Source of the DNA: an uncultured Clostridia bacterium | Lineage (GTDB): Bacteria > Bacillota > Clostridia > Saccharofermentanales > Saccharofermentanaceae | Direction of reading: 5' to 3' | Length of the DNA: 64,000 bases | Assembly: GCA_946403085.1 (NCBI GenBank) | Contig: CAMIYM010000006.1 | Span: 66,131-130,130, forward strand | Shown: piece after piece, positions 19,331-28,530 of the stretch | Numbering within the stretch: the stretch's first letter is position 1 | Layout of the letters: every line of letters begins with the position of its first letter | Program-made: the position numbers and the translations under genes | Notes under the pieces: generated by a model | What the model saw: only the letters and a program-made list of their open reading frames with translations | Told to the model about the DNA's origin: nothing | Databases searched by the model: none

Positions 19331-19406
19331 TGGTCGGAGTGGCGGGACTTGAACCCACGGCCTCCTGCTCCCGAAGCAGGCACTCTACCACCTGAGCCAC
19401 ACCCCG
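19331..19406 (-). tRNA. tRNA-Pro (anticodon CGG)
   Basis: 76-nt cloverleaf with the same acceptor arm as the neighbouring tRNA. The anticodon arm is CCTGC-TTCGGGA-GCAGG, the T arm is GTGGG-TTCAAGT-CCCGC, and CCA is encoded. Confidence 0.85.
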
Positions 19407-19500
19407 ATGGAGTATTTCCTCTAACAAGCCTATAAATCTTATAACAACGGATTAAATTATGCAAGTTAGATTTTCAAACTTATGAAAAAACTTTCAAACA

Positions 19501-19536
19501 AAATAAAAAAAGGGCTGTCCGAAGTGGACAGCCCTC
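19501..19536 (-). terminator. rho-independent terminator after ispH-S1
   Basis: On the minus strand, AGGGCTGTCC-ACTTC-GGACAGCCCT is followed by T7. It lies 19 nt after the stop codon. Confidence 0.7.
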
Positions 19537-19554
19537 TTGAAAACACTGAATAAA

Positions 19555-21567
19555 TTACTCTTCTGTTGACTCAGCTTCTTCTGCAGGAGCTTCCTCAGCT
19601 TCGTCGATCTCAGGATCGATAGGAGCAACTTCCTTGATGGAGATAGATACTCTTCTCTCCTCAGGTTCGATCTTGATGACCTTAGCCTGAACGATCTGAC
19701 CTACGGAAAGAACATCCTCAGGCTTCTCAAGTCTTCTGGAAGAGATCTGAGATACGTGGCAGAGTGCATCGAGATCGGGCTCAAGCTGTACGAAAGCGCC
19801 GAACTTTGTAAGACGGACTACTGTACCCTGAACGATGCAGCCTACAGGCATTCTCTCTTCGATATTGTAGTAAGGATCATCCTCGAGCTTCTTGTAGCCC
19901 AAAGAGATCTTCTTTGTCTCTTTGTCGAAAGACTTAACGTAAACATCAACCTCTTCGCCAACCTTAAGAACATCAGCAGGCTTAGCGTTTCTGCTCCATG
20001 AGAGCTCAGAAACGTGAACGAGTCCGTCAACACCGCCGATATCGATGAATGCACCGAAATCAACAAGGCTTCTTACAACGCCTTTATAGTGCTTGCCTTC
20101 CTCGATGTTGTCCCAGATCTCAGCGGACTTCTTGCGGCGCTCTTCGGAAACGATAACTCTGTGGCTTCCGGAGATTCTAAGACGGCCCTTCTCTGTGTCG
20201 AACTTAGTAACGAGGATCTCAAGGACCTGACCAACATAAGACTCTAAGTCCTTAACTTCGCCGGTCTTGATCTGTGTTCTGTGGATATAGATATCAACGC
20301 CCTTGTAAGAACCGATAACGCCGTCCTTAACTGTGCGTGTGATCTTAACTTCGATAGGAGTCTTGTTCTTGTAAGCTTCCTCGATCTCCGCTCTGCCCTT
20401 CTCGGACTCTACATCATTCTTGGAAAGGATGATCTCCTTACCCTGATCGGAGTTCTTGATGCTTCTTACTTTAACTGTAACTTCTGTGTGCTCGGCAATT
20501 GCCTTGTCAAGATCGAAGTCAGGATCCGAATCAAACTCCTTACGTGAAATTCTTCCTTCGGACTTGTCGTGTACGTCTACATAAACATAGTCGTCATCAG
20601 CAGATGTAATCGTGCCCTTAACAACAGCACCTCTTCTTACCTGCGCAATTAAATCGACAGCATTGGCAAACTCTGTGTCAAAGCCCTGATTTGTGATCTT
20701 CTCTTCTTCGTTCATTTGTTGAACAACCTCCAAAATAATAGCTTCCGGTGTAGATGCACCCGCTGTGATACCGACTTTGTCCTCAGGAAGTATCTTCCCT
20801 TCCGAGATGAGACTTCTGACTTCCTCGCCGGAATTCACAAGGAATGTTCTTGCACAACGACCTTTGCAGATGTCAAAAAGCTTAGTGGTGTTCGAACTGT
20901 GAGCAGAACCGATGACTATCATCGAATCTGAAATCTCAGAGAGCGAAGCGGCTTCCTTTTGCCTACTTTCAGTCGTAATACATATTGTATCAAAAACATT
21001 ATATTTTTCAATTTTATTTTTAACACTTTGGCATATTTTTTTAAAAGTGTTACTCGAAAATGTGGTTTGGGATATCAATATAGCACTTTCAAGAGGAAAA
21101 TCCAGGCTTTCTAGATCCTCAGGAGCCTTTACTACAGCGCATTTTACGCCCGTTCCCTCTGCTTCTCCCAGGATTCCCGTTACCTCAGGATGGCCTTTAG
21201 TACCGGCGATTATGATGTTCTTTCCGTTAAGCGCATTTTCCCGGACGATCTTATGGATCTTGGCCACGAACGGGCACGTCATGTCCCTTATCTCGCAGTT
21301 CTTGGATTTAAGGATGCTGAGTTCATCAGGGGTTACACCGTGTGCCCTGACTATTACTATTGAATCTTCCGGACATTCTTCGGCAGTCTCGCAAATGACA
21401 AAGCCGCCTTTTACAAGTTCGTCCACGACGAATCTGTTATGAACGATCTCACCGAGCATGACAAGCGTCTTTCCTTCAGGACGCTCTGATACAGCATTCT
21501 GTGCTGCCGTTACAGCGTTCTTAACGCCAAAGCAGAAACCTGATGAATGTGCTACGGTTACTTTCAT
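19555..21567 (-). CDS. ispH: bifunctional 4-hydroxy-3-methylbut-2-enyl diphosphate reductase / ribosomal protein S1-like (four S1 repeats)
   Basis: The N-terminal ~285 aa is LytB/IspH (GFCFGV, VHN, CPFV). The C-terminal ~370 aa carries repeated S1 OB motifs (G.V..I...GAFV.., e.g. VDFGAFIDIGGVDGLVHVSE, TKFGAFVQLEPDLDALCHVSQ). It overlaps the cmk stop (ATGA). Confidence 0.85.
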   Translation of the reverse strand: MKVTVAHSSGFCFGVKNAVTAAQNAVSERPEGKTLVMLGEIVHNRFVVDELVKGGFVICETAEECPEDSIVIVRAHGVTPDELSILKSKNCEIRDMTCPFVAKIHKIVRENALNGKNIIIAGTKGHPEVTGILGEAEGTGVKCAVVKAPEDLESLDFPLESAILISQTTFSSNTFKKICQSVKNKIEKYNVFDTICITTESRQKEAASLSEISDSMIVIGSAHSSNTTKLFDICKGRCARTFLVNSGEEVRSLISEGKILPEDKVGITAGASTPEAIILEVVQQMNEEEKITNQGFDTEFANAVDLIAQVRRGAVVKGTITSADDDYVYVDVHDKSEGRISRKEFDSDPDFDLDKAIAEHTEVTVKVRSIKNSDQGKEIILSKNDVESEKGRAEIEEAYKNKTPIEVKITRTVKDGVIGSYKGVDIYIHRTQIKTGEVKDLESYVGQVLEILVTKFDTEKGRLRISGSHRVIVSEERRKKSAEIWDNIEEGKHYKGVVRSLVDFGAFIDIGGVDGLVHVSELSWSRNAKPADVLKVGEEVDVYVKSFDKETKKISLGYKKLEDDPYYNIEERMPVGCIVQGTVVRLTKFGAFVQLEPDLDALCHVSQISSRRLEKPEDVLSVGQIVQAKVIKIEPEERRVSISIKEVAPIDPEIDEAEEAPAEEAESTEE

Positions 21568-22238
21568 TTATCTTCTTCGTCCAGATGGCTTAAAAGGAAT
21601 GCCCTTGTTCCTTCGATATCGTACTTGCCTGTATCGATAACGATTGCTTCAGGAACCTGTACAAGAGGTGATGTTGCTCTTGTGGAATCCTGTTCGTCCC
21701 TATATTTAATATCTTTTAAAACTTCCTCGTAATTCTGTGAGTAATCACCTGCTGCATTAAGCTCAGCAAGTCTTCTCTCAGCTCTTACCTCAGGTGCGCA
21801 TACGACAAAGAACTTGTATTTTGCATCAGGAAGGACTACTGAAGCGATGTCTCTTCCGTCCAGAACGAAGGTCTGGTTCTTGGCAATCTCTCTTTGAAGT
21901 GAGACCATGGCTGTTCTGACAAAAGGAAGTGCTGATATATCAGATGCGGCAATAGATGTCTTAGGGGTTCTTAATTCGCCTGTTACATCCTCACCGTCAA
22001 GGATCATATGCTGAGCACCATCGATGAACTTAACTTCGATCTTGACTTCGTCCATCATCTTCTTAACGGCATCCTTATCCTTGGGATCGATGCCTTTCTT
22101 AATGGATGCTACGGCGCAGGTTCTGTACATTGCACCTGTATCAAGATACATAATGCCAAGCTCTTTTGCGATGCCTTTTGCAAGTGTACTCTTGCCTGAT
22201 CCGGAAGGTCCGTCGATAGCGATCTGATAAATGCCCAT
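21564..22238 (-). CDS. cmk: (d)CMP kinase
   Basis: Contains IAIDGPSGSGKST and DTGAMYR. Confidence 0.9.
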   Translation of the reverse strand: MGIYQIAIDGPSGSGKSTLAKGIAKELGIMYLDTGAMYRTCAVASIKKGIDPKDKDAVKKMMDEVKIEVKFIDGAQHMILDGEDVTGELRTPKTSIAASDISALPFVRTAMVSLQREIAKNQTFVLDGRDIASVVLPDAKYKFFVVCAPEVRAERRLAELNAAGDYSQNYEEVLKDIKYRDEQDSTRATSPLVQVPEAIVIDTGKYDIEGTRAFLLSHLDEEDK

Positions 22239-22250
22239 AATATATCTCCT

Positions 22251-23138
22251 TTACAATATGTCTCCGTCTTCAGTGTTACGGTCTCTGCCTGTCTCATATA
22301 CGCGGTACTGAGACCAGAGAGTCTCGAGTGATTCGAGAGAAGATTCGATGTGTTCTTTCCTGTGCATGCCCAAAGATACAAGCAACGCATTGATAAGAGA
22401 CAAAGGCGCAGTAAGTGAATCAACAAATGATGCCATTGATGACTTGGCGAAAAGCTTGATATCGGCATATTCCGTCATTGCCGTATCATCTTTATCAGTT
22501 ATCGCGATGATCGTAGCGCCCTTTTTCTTGGCATATCCCATTGAGTTAATTGTCCTTGCGGAATATCTTGGGAAAGAGATGCCTATCATGACATCGCCTT
22601 TTCCGATAGGCATGATCTGCTCGAAAAGCTCATTGGTACATGTACTTCTTACGAGCACTACATCATCAAAAAGGAGCGTCATATAAAAGTGCATGAACTC
22701 CGATAACGGAGCAGATGCCCTGATTCCCATGATATAGATCTTTCTGGCTCCGAGAATCGAATTGACTGCCTTATCAAATTCCTTCTCATCTATTGTATTA
22801 AGGGAGTCACGAAGGTTGGCGATATCCTGGGCGACAACTGATCTTAATGCTTCACTGTCACTTTCGAACTTCTCGGTAAGGCCTAATCTCTGCACTGAAG
22901 TAAGCTTTGACTTGAGATCCTCCTGCAATGCCTTCTGGAATTCAGGATAACCCTCGAATCCGAGTTCAGTAGTAAACCTTACAACCGTGGACTCTGATAC
23001 ACCGACTTCTTCGCCGAGTTTAGCAGCAGTCATGTAAGCAGCTTTGTCATAAGATTCCAGGATATAACTGGCAATGGCCTTATGGCCCTTGCTCATATTG
23101 GAGACAGCACTCTCAATAAGCTCAAGCGTCCCCGTCAT
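22251..23138 (-). CDS. MurR/RpiR family transcriptional regulator (HTH plus SIS domain)
   Basis: The HTH region reads AAKLGEEVGVSESTVVRFT, followed by a SIS sugar-phosphate-binding domain. I prefer the ATG at 23138 (AAGGTGA RBS). The track ORF's 24-aa Lys-rich extension overlaps scpB. Confidence 0.75.
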   Translation of the reverse strand: MTGTLELIESAVSNMSKGHKAIASYILESYDKAAYMTAAKLGEEVGVSESTVVRFTTELGFEGYPEFQKALQEDLKSKLTSVQRLGLTEKFESDSEALRSVVAQDIANLRDSLNTIDEKEFDKAVNSILGARKIYIMGIRASAPLSEFMHFYMTLLFDDVVLVRSTCTNELFEQIMPIGKGDVMIGISFPRYSARTINSMGYAKKKGATIIAITDKDDTAMTEYADIKLFAKSSMASFVDSLTAPLSLINALLVSLGMHRKEHIESSLESLETLWSQYRVYETGRDRNTEDGDIL

Positions 23139-23793
23139 CTTCTTCACCTTCTTCTTTTTCTTCCGGCTTAGGAGCCATGAGGCTATCGATAGAGATCTGC
23201 TTATCCTCACCGCCTGCAGCTTCCTTAAGGGAATCTTCCATATCCCTAATTGTCTGATAGCTCATAAGTTCAAGCGGCGGCAGATCTCTTACAGATTCGA
23301 TACCGAACTCTGTAAGGAATTTCTTACTGGTCTTAAATAAGGACGGTCTTCCCGGAGCATCAAGGTTACCTGCCTCTTCGATCCATCCTCTGTCTAAAAG
23401 TCTGGAAATGATCGAATCTGAAGATACACCTCTGACGAGTTCGACCTGCGCTCTGGTGCAAGGCTGGTTATAAGCAATAACTGCCAAAGTCTCATAAGAA
23501 GCCTGTGAAAGCGGCGGAACCTGTCTAGGGCCGAACATCCTGTCAAGGATCTTCTTCTGAGAAGGTCTTGTCATGATGGCATATGAATCTTCAGTCTTTC
23601 TGATCTCAAGGCCGCCCCAGGGGTTTCCTGCGTAACGGTCAACAAGAGACTTCAACGCTTCAATGACAGCATTTTTCGATACATTGCAGATATCTGCCAG
23701 CTTATCAACTGATACGGGATCGCCCGATACAAATAATATCGATTCGATCGCAGCGGGTAATTCCTGGGATGTTATCTTAAAATCGTCTTCCAT
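23122..23793 (-). CDS. scpB: segregation and condensation protein B
   Basis: Contains AIESILFVSGDPV and ETLAVIAYNQPCTRAQVELVRGV (winged-helix repeats). It follows scpA. Confidence 0.85.
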   Translation of the reverse strand: MEDDFKITSQELPAAIESILFVSGDPVSVDKLADICNVSKNAVIEALKSLVDRYAGNPWGGLEIRKTEDSYAIMTRPSQKKILDRMFGPRQVPPLSQASYETLAVIAYNQPCTRAQVELVRGVSSDSIISRLLDRGWIEEAGNLDAPGRPSLFKTSKKFLTEFGIESVRDLPPLELMSYQTIRDMEDSLKEAAGGEDKQISIDSLMAPKPEEKEEGEEDDGDA

Positions 23794-23798
23794 GTATA

Positions 23799-24572
23799 TC
23801 AGCCCTTTTTCTCTTCGATGGAGATCTCACCGAAGTTTCTGTCCTGTTCAACATTTATCTTATTATCTCTTACGAGTTCAAGCACTGCGAGAAAGCTTAC
23901 GACTCTGTCCATCTTCTCGGCCTTTTTACCGAAAAGGCTTGAGAATAGTATCTTTCCTTTGCCGGTGATAGAACGCCAGATCGACTTGATCCTCTCTTTA
24001 ACGGAACGCTTATCCCTCTGTAGGATATGGGTGATCTTAGCAGAGATATCGGTAAAACGCTGCTCGTTACGTTCGTTTATGAGCGCTACGGCATCGTTAA
24101 ACTCTTCCATGGAGAATGTCTGTTCTGCAGGTTTCAGGGATATTCCGAGCTGTTTTGCAGTGGAAGCGTAACGGAATCTGGCACCATCGAACCTGTCTCT
24201 TCTCTCCTTAAGATCCTGAGCGAAAACACGGCACCTCTTATAACGCATCAAAGAGATGACTAGTTCTTCTCTGGGGTCGATAACATCGTCGCCGTTGCCT
24301 AATGCCGCCTGCATACCCGGCAGCATCATCCTGGACTTGATTGATACGAGTGTAGCGCCCATAACGAGGAAATCCGAAGCTATCTCCATGTCGAATTCCT
24401 TCATGGACTCAATATACTGCATATACTGTGCGGTAATCGTACTGATGGGGATATCATAGATATCGACGTCATTCTTTTCGATCAGATGCAAAAGAAGGTC
24501 CAAAGGGCCTTCAAATTGTCTTAATCTGATCTCAGGCTTTACCGCTTGCTCAAGCATAATCTCAGAATCCAA
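23799..24572 (-). CDS. scpA: segregation and condensation protein A (kleisin)
   Basis: Contains FEGPLDLLLHLIEKNDVDIYDIPI, the typical ScpA N-terminus. The alternative start M6 (24557) would remove the 11-nt overlap with the upstream gene. Confidence 0.85.
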   Translation of the reverse strand: MDSEIMLEQAVKPEIRLRQFEGPLDLLLHLIEKNDVDIYDIPISTITAQYMQYIESMKEFDMEIASDFLVMGATLVSIKSRMMLPGMQAALGNGDDVIDPREELVISLMRYKRCRVFAQDLKERRDRFDGARFRYASTAKQLGISLKPAEQTFSMEEFNDAVALINERNEQRFTDISAKITHILQRDKRSVKERIKSIWRSITGKGKILFSSLFGKKAEKMDRVVSFLAVLELVRDNKINVEQDRNFGEISIEEKKG

Positions 24573-25305
24573 GTCCTATCCAGGCGAAAAGCATCGCGAA
24601 AGGAATACTAATCACACTGATTATCCATTTAAACGGAAGCTGAATGAGACCGATTACAAAACTCAGGACCGGTGTATTCGTAAAAGTGCTTACGAGGAAA
24701 ACGATCCATATGATCATCGGAGAGATCTGCTCAAACTTCCTGTAACCATTTGTAGCCTTAAGCCTATAAGGCAGCAGTTCTTCAAGAACATGGAAACCGT
24801 CGAGAGGCGGGATCGGAAGAAGGTTAAATCCGAGAAGAGCCATAGAGAATGAATATGTATAAGTAAACAATTCGCTAAGTGCTTTTAATATTATTCCGGG
24901 GGTTCCTGCTGAGAACCTTATACTGAGACCTGCAAAAAGAAGTCCGATTATGGAACAGACCAGCGAAAGCGCGAAGTTTCCTGTTACACCCGCAAGATGA
25001 ACCATTATGTTCATCCAGCGGCTGCTCTTGAACCTGCGAAGATTAGTCGGATTATAAAGAACCGGCTTACCCCATCCGAATCCTGCAACAAGCAAAAGAA
25101 CCGTTCCCATAGGATCAACATGCGCTGCCGGATTCAGAGTAAGTCTGCCCATATTTTGCGGTGTAGGATCACCCAGCCATACTGCAGTTGCTGCATGCAT
25201 GAACTCATGGATAGAGAATGCAAGCACCATGGCAAAGATATAGATTATTATGTAATAAATAATCTCCTGAGGGCTAAGTCCGCTTCTGAACAGATCTATC
25301 AGCAT
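24562..25305 (-). CDS. site-2 protease family (peptidase M50) membrane protein
   Basis: HEFMHA (HExxH) lies in a TM helix, followed by NLLPIPPLDG. The protein is polytopic. Confidence 0.7.
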   Translation of the reverse strand: MLIDLFRSGLSPQEIIYYIIIYIFAMVLAFSIHEFMHAATAVWLGDPTPQNMGRLTLNPAAHVDPMGTVLLLVAGFGWGKPVLYNPTNLRRFKSSRWMNIMVHLAGVTGNFALSLVCSIIGLLFAGLSIRFSAGTPGIILKALSELFTYTYSFSMALLGFNLLPIPPLDGFHVLEELLPYRLKATNGYRKFEQISPMIIWIVFLVSTFTNTPVLSFVIGLIQLPFKWIISVISIPFAMLFAWIGLGF

Positions 25306-25313
25306 AGATTACC

Positions 25314-28300
25314 TCAAGCTTTTACAACAGAGAATGTGATCTTCTCGCCGTTGACATTCCACTCCTTGGAATTATCACCGGTGCCGTTGGAGATCTCTAC
25401 TGCAAGAACTTCAGATGAAAGATAATCCTTCTTCTTCTCGATTACTTCAGCGAGCTTGTCGTTGCCGGAGTACTTGAGAACGATCCTGTCAGTAACTGTA
25501 AGGCCTTCTGTCTCCTTACGGTGTGTCTGGATCTTCGAGATCATCTCTCTTACAAGACCATCTTCAATAAGCTCTTCAGTAAGGACTGTAGAGATAGATA
25601 CTGTAAGGTTACCTGCAGTCTGTGTGGAGAAACCTTCGGGCTGGGTTGTCTCGATGAGGAAGTCCTCTTCCGTCATCTCATACTCCTCACCGTTTACAGT
25701 GATCTTAACTGAACCGTTCTTAAGAGCTTCGTATGTTTCCTTGCCCGGAAGCTTTGCGATAACTTCCTTGGCATCATTGATATTCTTTCCGAACTTTCTG
25801 CCGCATGTACGGAGCTGGGGCTTGAAGCTGTAATCAACGAGTGTTGATGCATCGCTCAAGACTTCCATCTTACGGATATTGAGCTCGTCCAAAACGATCG
25901 GCTTATATTCATCATCAAGACCGATCTCGGATACGACATAGATCTCAGACAAAGGCTGACGGTTCTTGATGGATGCAGATTCACGGCAGCTGTGGCCTAA
26001 TGTAACGATCTGCTGAACAAGATCCATCTCCTCTTCAAGCTTGCTGTCGATAAGACTCTCATCGGCAACAGGATACTTAGCGAGGTGTACAGAGATAGGC
26101 GCTTCCTTATCAACAGAGCATACGATGTTCTGATAGATCTCTTCTGTCATGAAAGGAACGAAAGGAGCGCAGAGTCTTGTGAGATTATCGAGAACAGTAT
26201 AAAGAGTCATGTAAGCATTGACCTTGTCCTGTGTCTCTTCTGCTCCCCAGTATCTGTCACGGCAGCGTCTTACGTACCAGTTGGAGAGTTCTTCAGTAAA
26301 GTCCTGAATGAGTCTTGCAGACTGGGAGATGTCGTAAGCATCCATCTTCTCGTTTACTACCTTGATGAGAGTATTGAGACGTGAGAGGACCCATCTGTCC
26401 ATAGCGCCTAAAGTAGCCTTATCAAGTGTATGCTTTGTAGGATCAAAGTTATCGATATCGGCATACATAACATAGAATGCATATGTATTCCAGAATGTAC
26501 CGATGAACTTCTTGATGCCGTCATTAACAGCTTCCTTGGAGAATCTTGAAGGAAGCCAGGGCTGGTTAGCTGTATAGAAATACCATCTTGCAGCGTCAGC
26601 ACCCTGGGAATCAAGTACATCCCAAGGATCAACAACGTTGCCTAAGTGCTTACTCATCTTGATACCGTCCTTATCCTGAACGATACCCATTACGATACAG
26701 TTCTCGAAAGGTGCTCTTCCGAAAAGAACTGTAGAGATTGCAATAAGTGAATAGAACCAGCCTCTTGTCTGGTCGATACCCTCAGAGATGAAATTGCAGG
26801 GATAGTGAGATTCGAAGAATTCCTTGTTCTCAAAAGGATAGTGATACTGAGCGAAAGGCATGGAACCGGAGTCGAACCAGCAGTCGATAACCTCTGTAAC
26901 TCTCTTCATCTGGCCGCCGCACTTGGGGCACTTGATGTGGACATTATCAACATAAGGCTTGTGAAGTTCGATGTTATCCGGACAATCGTCAGACATGGAC
27001 TTAAGCTCTTCGATAGAACCGATGCAGTGTCTGTGGCCGCACTCGCACTCCCATACCGGCAAAGGTGTACCCCAGTAACGCTCACGTGAGATACCCCAGT
27101 CGATAACGTTTCTTAAGAAGTCGCCCATACGTCCGTCTCTGATCGTCTCAGGCATCCAGTTGACCATATTGTTGGACTTCAGAAGCTCATCTCTCTTCTT
27201 GCTCATGGCGATGAACCATGTGGATCTGGCGAAATAGATCAAAGGTGTGTCGCATCTCCAGCAGAAAGGATACTCGTGCTCGAACTTGGGAGCAGAGAAA
27301 AGAAGTCCCCTGCCGTCTAAGTCCTTCAATACCTCAGGATCTGCATCCTTAACGAAAAGTCCTGCAAAAGGTGTTTCCTCTGTGAGGTTTCCCCTTGTAT
27401 CAACGAACTGAACCATCGGGAGATCATTATCTCTTCCGACTCTTGCGTCGTCTTCACCGAATGCGGGAGCGATGTGAACGATACCAGTACCGTCTTCCAT
27501 TGTTACGTACTCGTCGCATACTGTGTAGTGAGCCTTTTTCTTCTGCTTAGCAGCTTCATCAGCCGCACCCTGATAAAGAGCAACATAAGATCTGCCTGCG
27601 AGGTCAGTACCCTTATAAGATTCAAGGATCTCATAAGCCTTCTCACCGTCTTTTGCAAGGCTGCCCAATACGGAATCGAGCAAAGCAGTTGCCATGTAGT
27701 ATGTGTAACCGTCGCATGCCTTTACCTTTGAATACTCATCGTTGGGGTTAAGGCACAAAGCAACGTTGGAAGGAAGTGTCCAAGGTGTTGTTGTCCAAGC
27801 GAGGAAGTAAGCATCTTCATCAACGCACTTGAATCTTACGACAGCAGATCTTTCCTTTACTGTCTTATATCCCTGTGCAACTTCGTGTGAAGACAATGCA
27901 GTACCACATCTGGGGCAATAAGGAACGATCTTGTGGCCCTTGTAGATAAGGTCCTTATCCCACATCTGCTTCAAAGCCCACCATTCGGACTCGATGTAGT
28001 TGTTGTCGTATGTGACATAGGGATTTTCCATATCAGCCCAGAAGCCGACACGGTCACTCATGTGCTCCCACTGGTCCTTGTATGTCCAGACAGATTCCTT
28101 GCACTTCTTGATGAAGGGCTCGACACCATAGCCTTCGATCTGAGGCTTGCCGTTGATGCCCAAAGCCTTCTCGACCTCAAGCTCTACAGGAAGTCCGTGT
28201 GTATCCCAGCCAGCCTTAAAGACGATTGTCTCGCCTTTCATTGCATGATATCTCGGGATAACGTCCTTAATGACTCTTGTCTTAATATGACCGATATGAG

Positions 28301-28463
28301 GCTTGCCGTTAGCTGTCGGCGGGCCGTCATAAAGTGTAAAAGTCGGAGCACCGTCAGCCTTGGGCGCAATGCTCTTCTTATAAATGTCGTTCTTCTTCCA
28401 GAAATCGAGAACATTCTTCTCTCTCTCGACGAAATTAAGGTCTTTTGAAACTTTGTTGTACAT
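25314..28463 (-). CDS. ileS: isoleucine--tRNA ligase (long, type 2 architecture)
   Basis: 1049 aa with a HIGH motif (PTANGKPHIGH), KMSKHLGN (KMSKS), a CP1 editing insert and zinc-type Cys pairs. Confidence 0.95.
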   Translation of the reverse strand: MYNKVSKDLNFVEREKNVLDFWKKNDIYKKSIAPKADGAPTFTLYDGPPTANGKPHIGHIKTRVIKDVIPRYHAMKGETIVFKAGWDTHGLPVELEVEKALGINGKPQIEGYGVEPFIKKCKESVWTYKDQWEHMSDRVGFWADMENPYVTYDNNYIESEWWALKQMWDKDLIYKGHKIVPYCPRCGTALSSHEVAQGYKTVKERSAVVRFKCVDEDAYFLAWTTTPWTLPSNVALCLNPNDEYSKVKACDGYTYYMATALLDSVLGSLAKDGEKAYEILESYKGTDLAGRSYVALYQGAADEAAKQKKKAHYTVCDEYVTMEDGTGIVHIAPAFGEDDARVGRDNDLPMVQFVDTRGNLTEETPFAGLFVKDADPEVLKDLDGRGLLFSAPKFEHEYPFCWRCDTPLIYFARSTWFIAMSKKRDELLKSNNMVNWMPETIRDGRMGDFLRNVIDWGISRERYWGTPLPVWECECGHRHCIGSIEELKSMSDDCPDNIELHKPYVDNVHIKCPKCGGQMKRVTEVIDCWFDSGSMPFAQYHYPFENKEFFESHYPCNFISEGIDQTRGWFYSLIAISTVLFGRAPFENCIVMGIVQDKDGIKMSKHLGNVVDPWDVLDSQGADAARWYFYTANQPWLPSRFSKEAVNDGIKKFIGTFWNTYAFYVMYADIDNFDPTKHTLDKATLGAMDRWVLSRLNTLIKVVNEKMDAYDISQSARLIQDFTEELSNWYVRRCRDRYWGAEETQDKVNAYMTLYTVLDNLTRLCAPFVPFMTEEIYQNIVCSVDKEAPISVHLAKYPVADESLIDSKLEEEMDLVQQIVTLGHSCRESASIKNRQPLSEIYVVSEIGLDDEYKPIVLDELNIRKMEVLSDASTLVDYSFKPQLRTCGRKFGKNINDAKEVIAKLPGKETYEALKNGSVKITVNGEEYEMTEEDFLIETTQPEGFSTQTAGNLTVSISTVLTEELIEDGLVREMISKIQTHRKETEGLTVTDRIVLKYSGNDKLAEVIEKKKDYLSSEVLAVEISNGTGDNSKEWNVNGEKITFSVVKA

Positions 28464-28502
28464 AAACCTGCTTCACCTTTATATATAATTTTGCAAGATA
28501 AA

Positions 28503-28530
28503 ATTATATATTAAGGGACTTCAAAGTCAA
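28503..28530 (-). promoter_or_regulatory. candidate promoter for ileS
   Basis: The minus strand reads TTGACT, a 16-nt spacer, then TATAAT. The -35 overlaps the stop of the upstream rluA-like gene. This would leave a leader of only ~35 nt carrying an AAAGGTGAAG RBS. Confidence 0.4.

Noticed and set aside
19226-19435. The 69-aa + strand ORF.
   Set aside because: It is the antisense reading through the two tRNA-Pro genes and is not a plausible CDS. The same applies to 55187..55381 across tRNA-Leu.
23139-23210. The N-terminal extension MRISRSLSIASWLLSRKKKKKVKK on the RpiR-family ORF.
   Set aside because: It is encoded by the reverse-frame reading of the scpB 3' end. The internal ATG at 23138 has a good AAGGTGA RBS, and the HTH domain starts right after it.
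28464-28526. A search for T-box leaders upstream of ileS here, and of valS at 40361..40383.
   Set aside because: Only 63 nt and 23 nt of non-coding DNA are available, and no GGGTGGTACCGCG-like T-box core is present. Both aaRS genes appear to lack T-box control, so no regulatory feature can be claimed.
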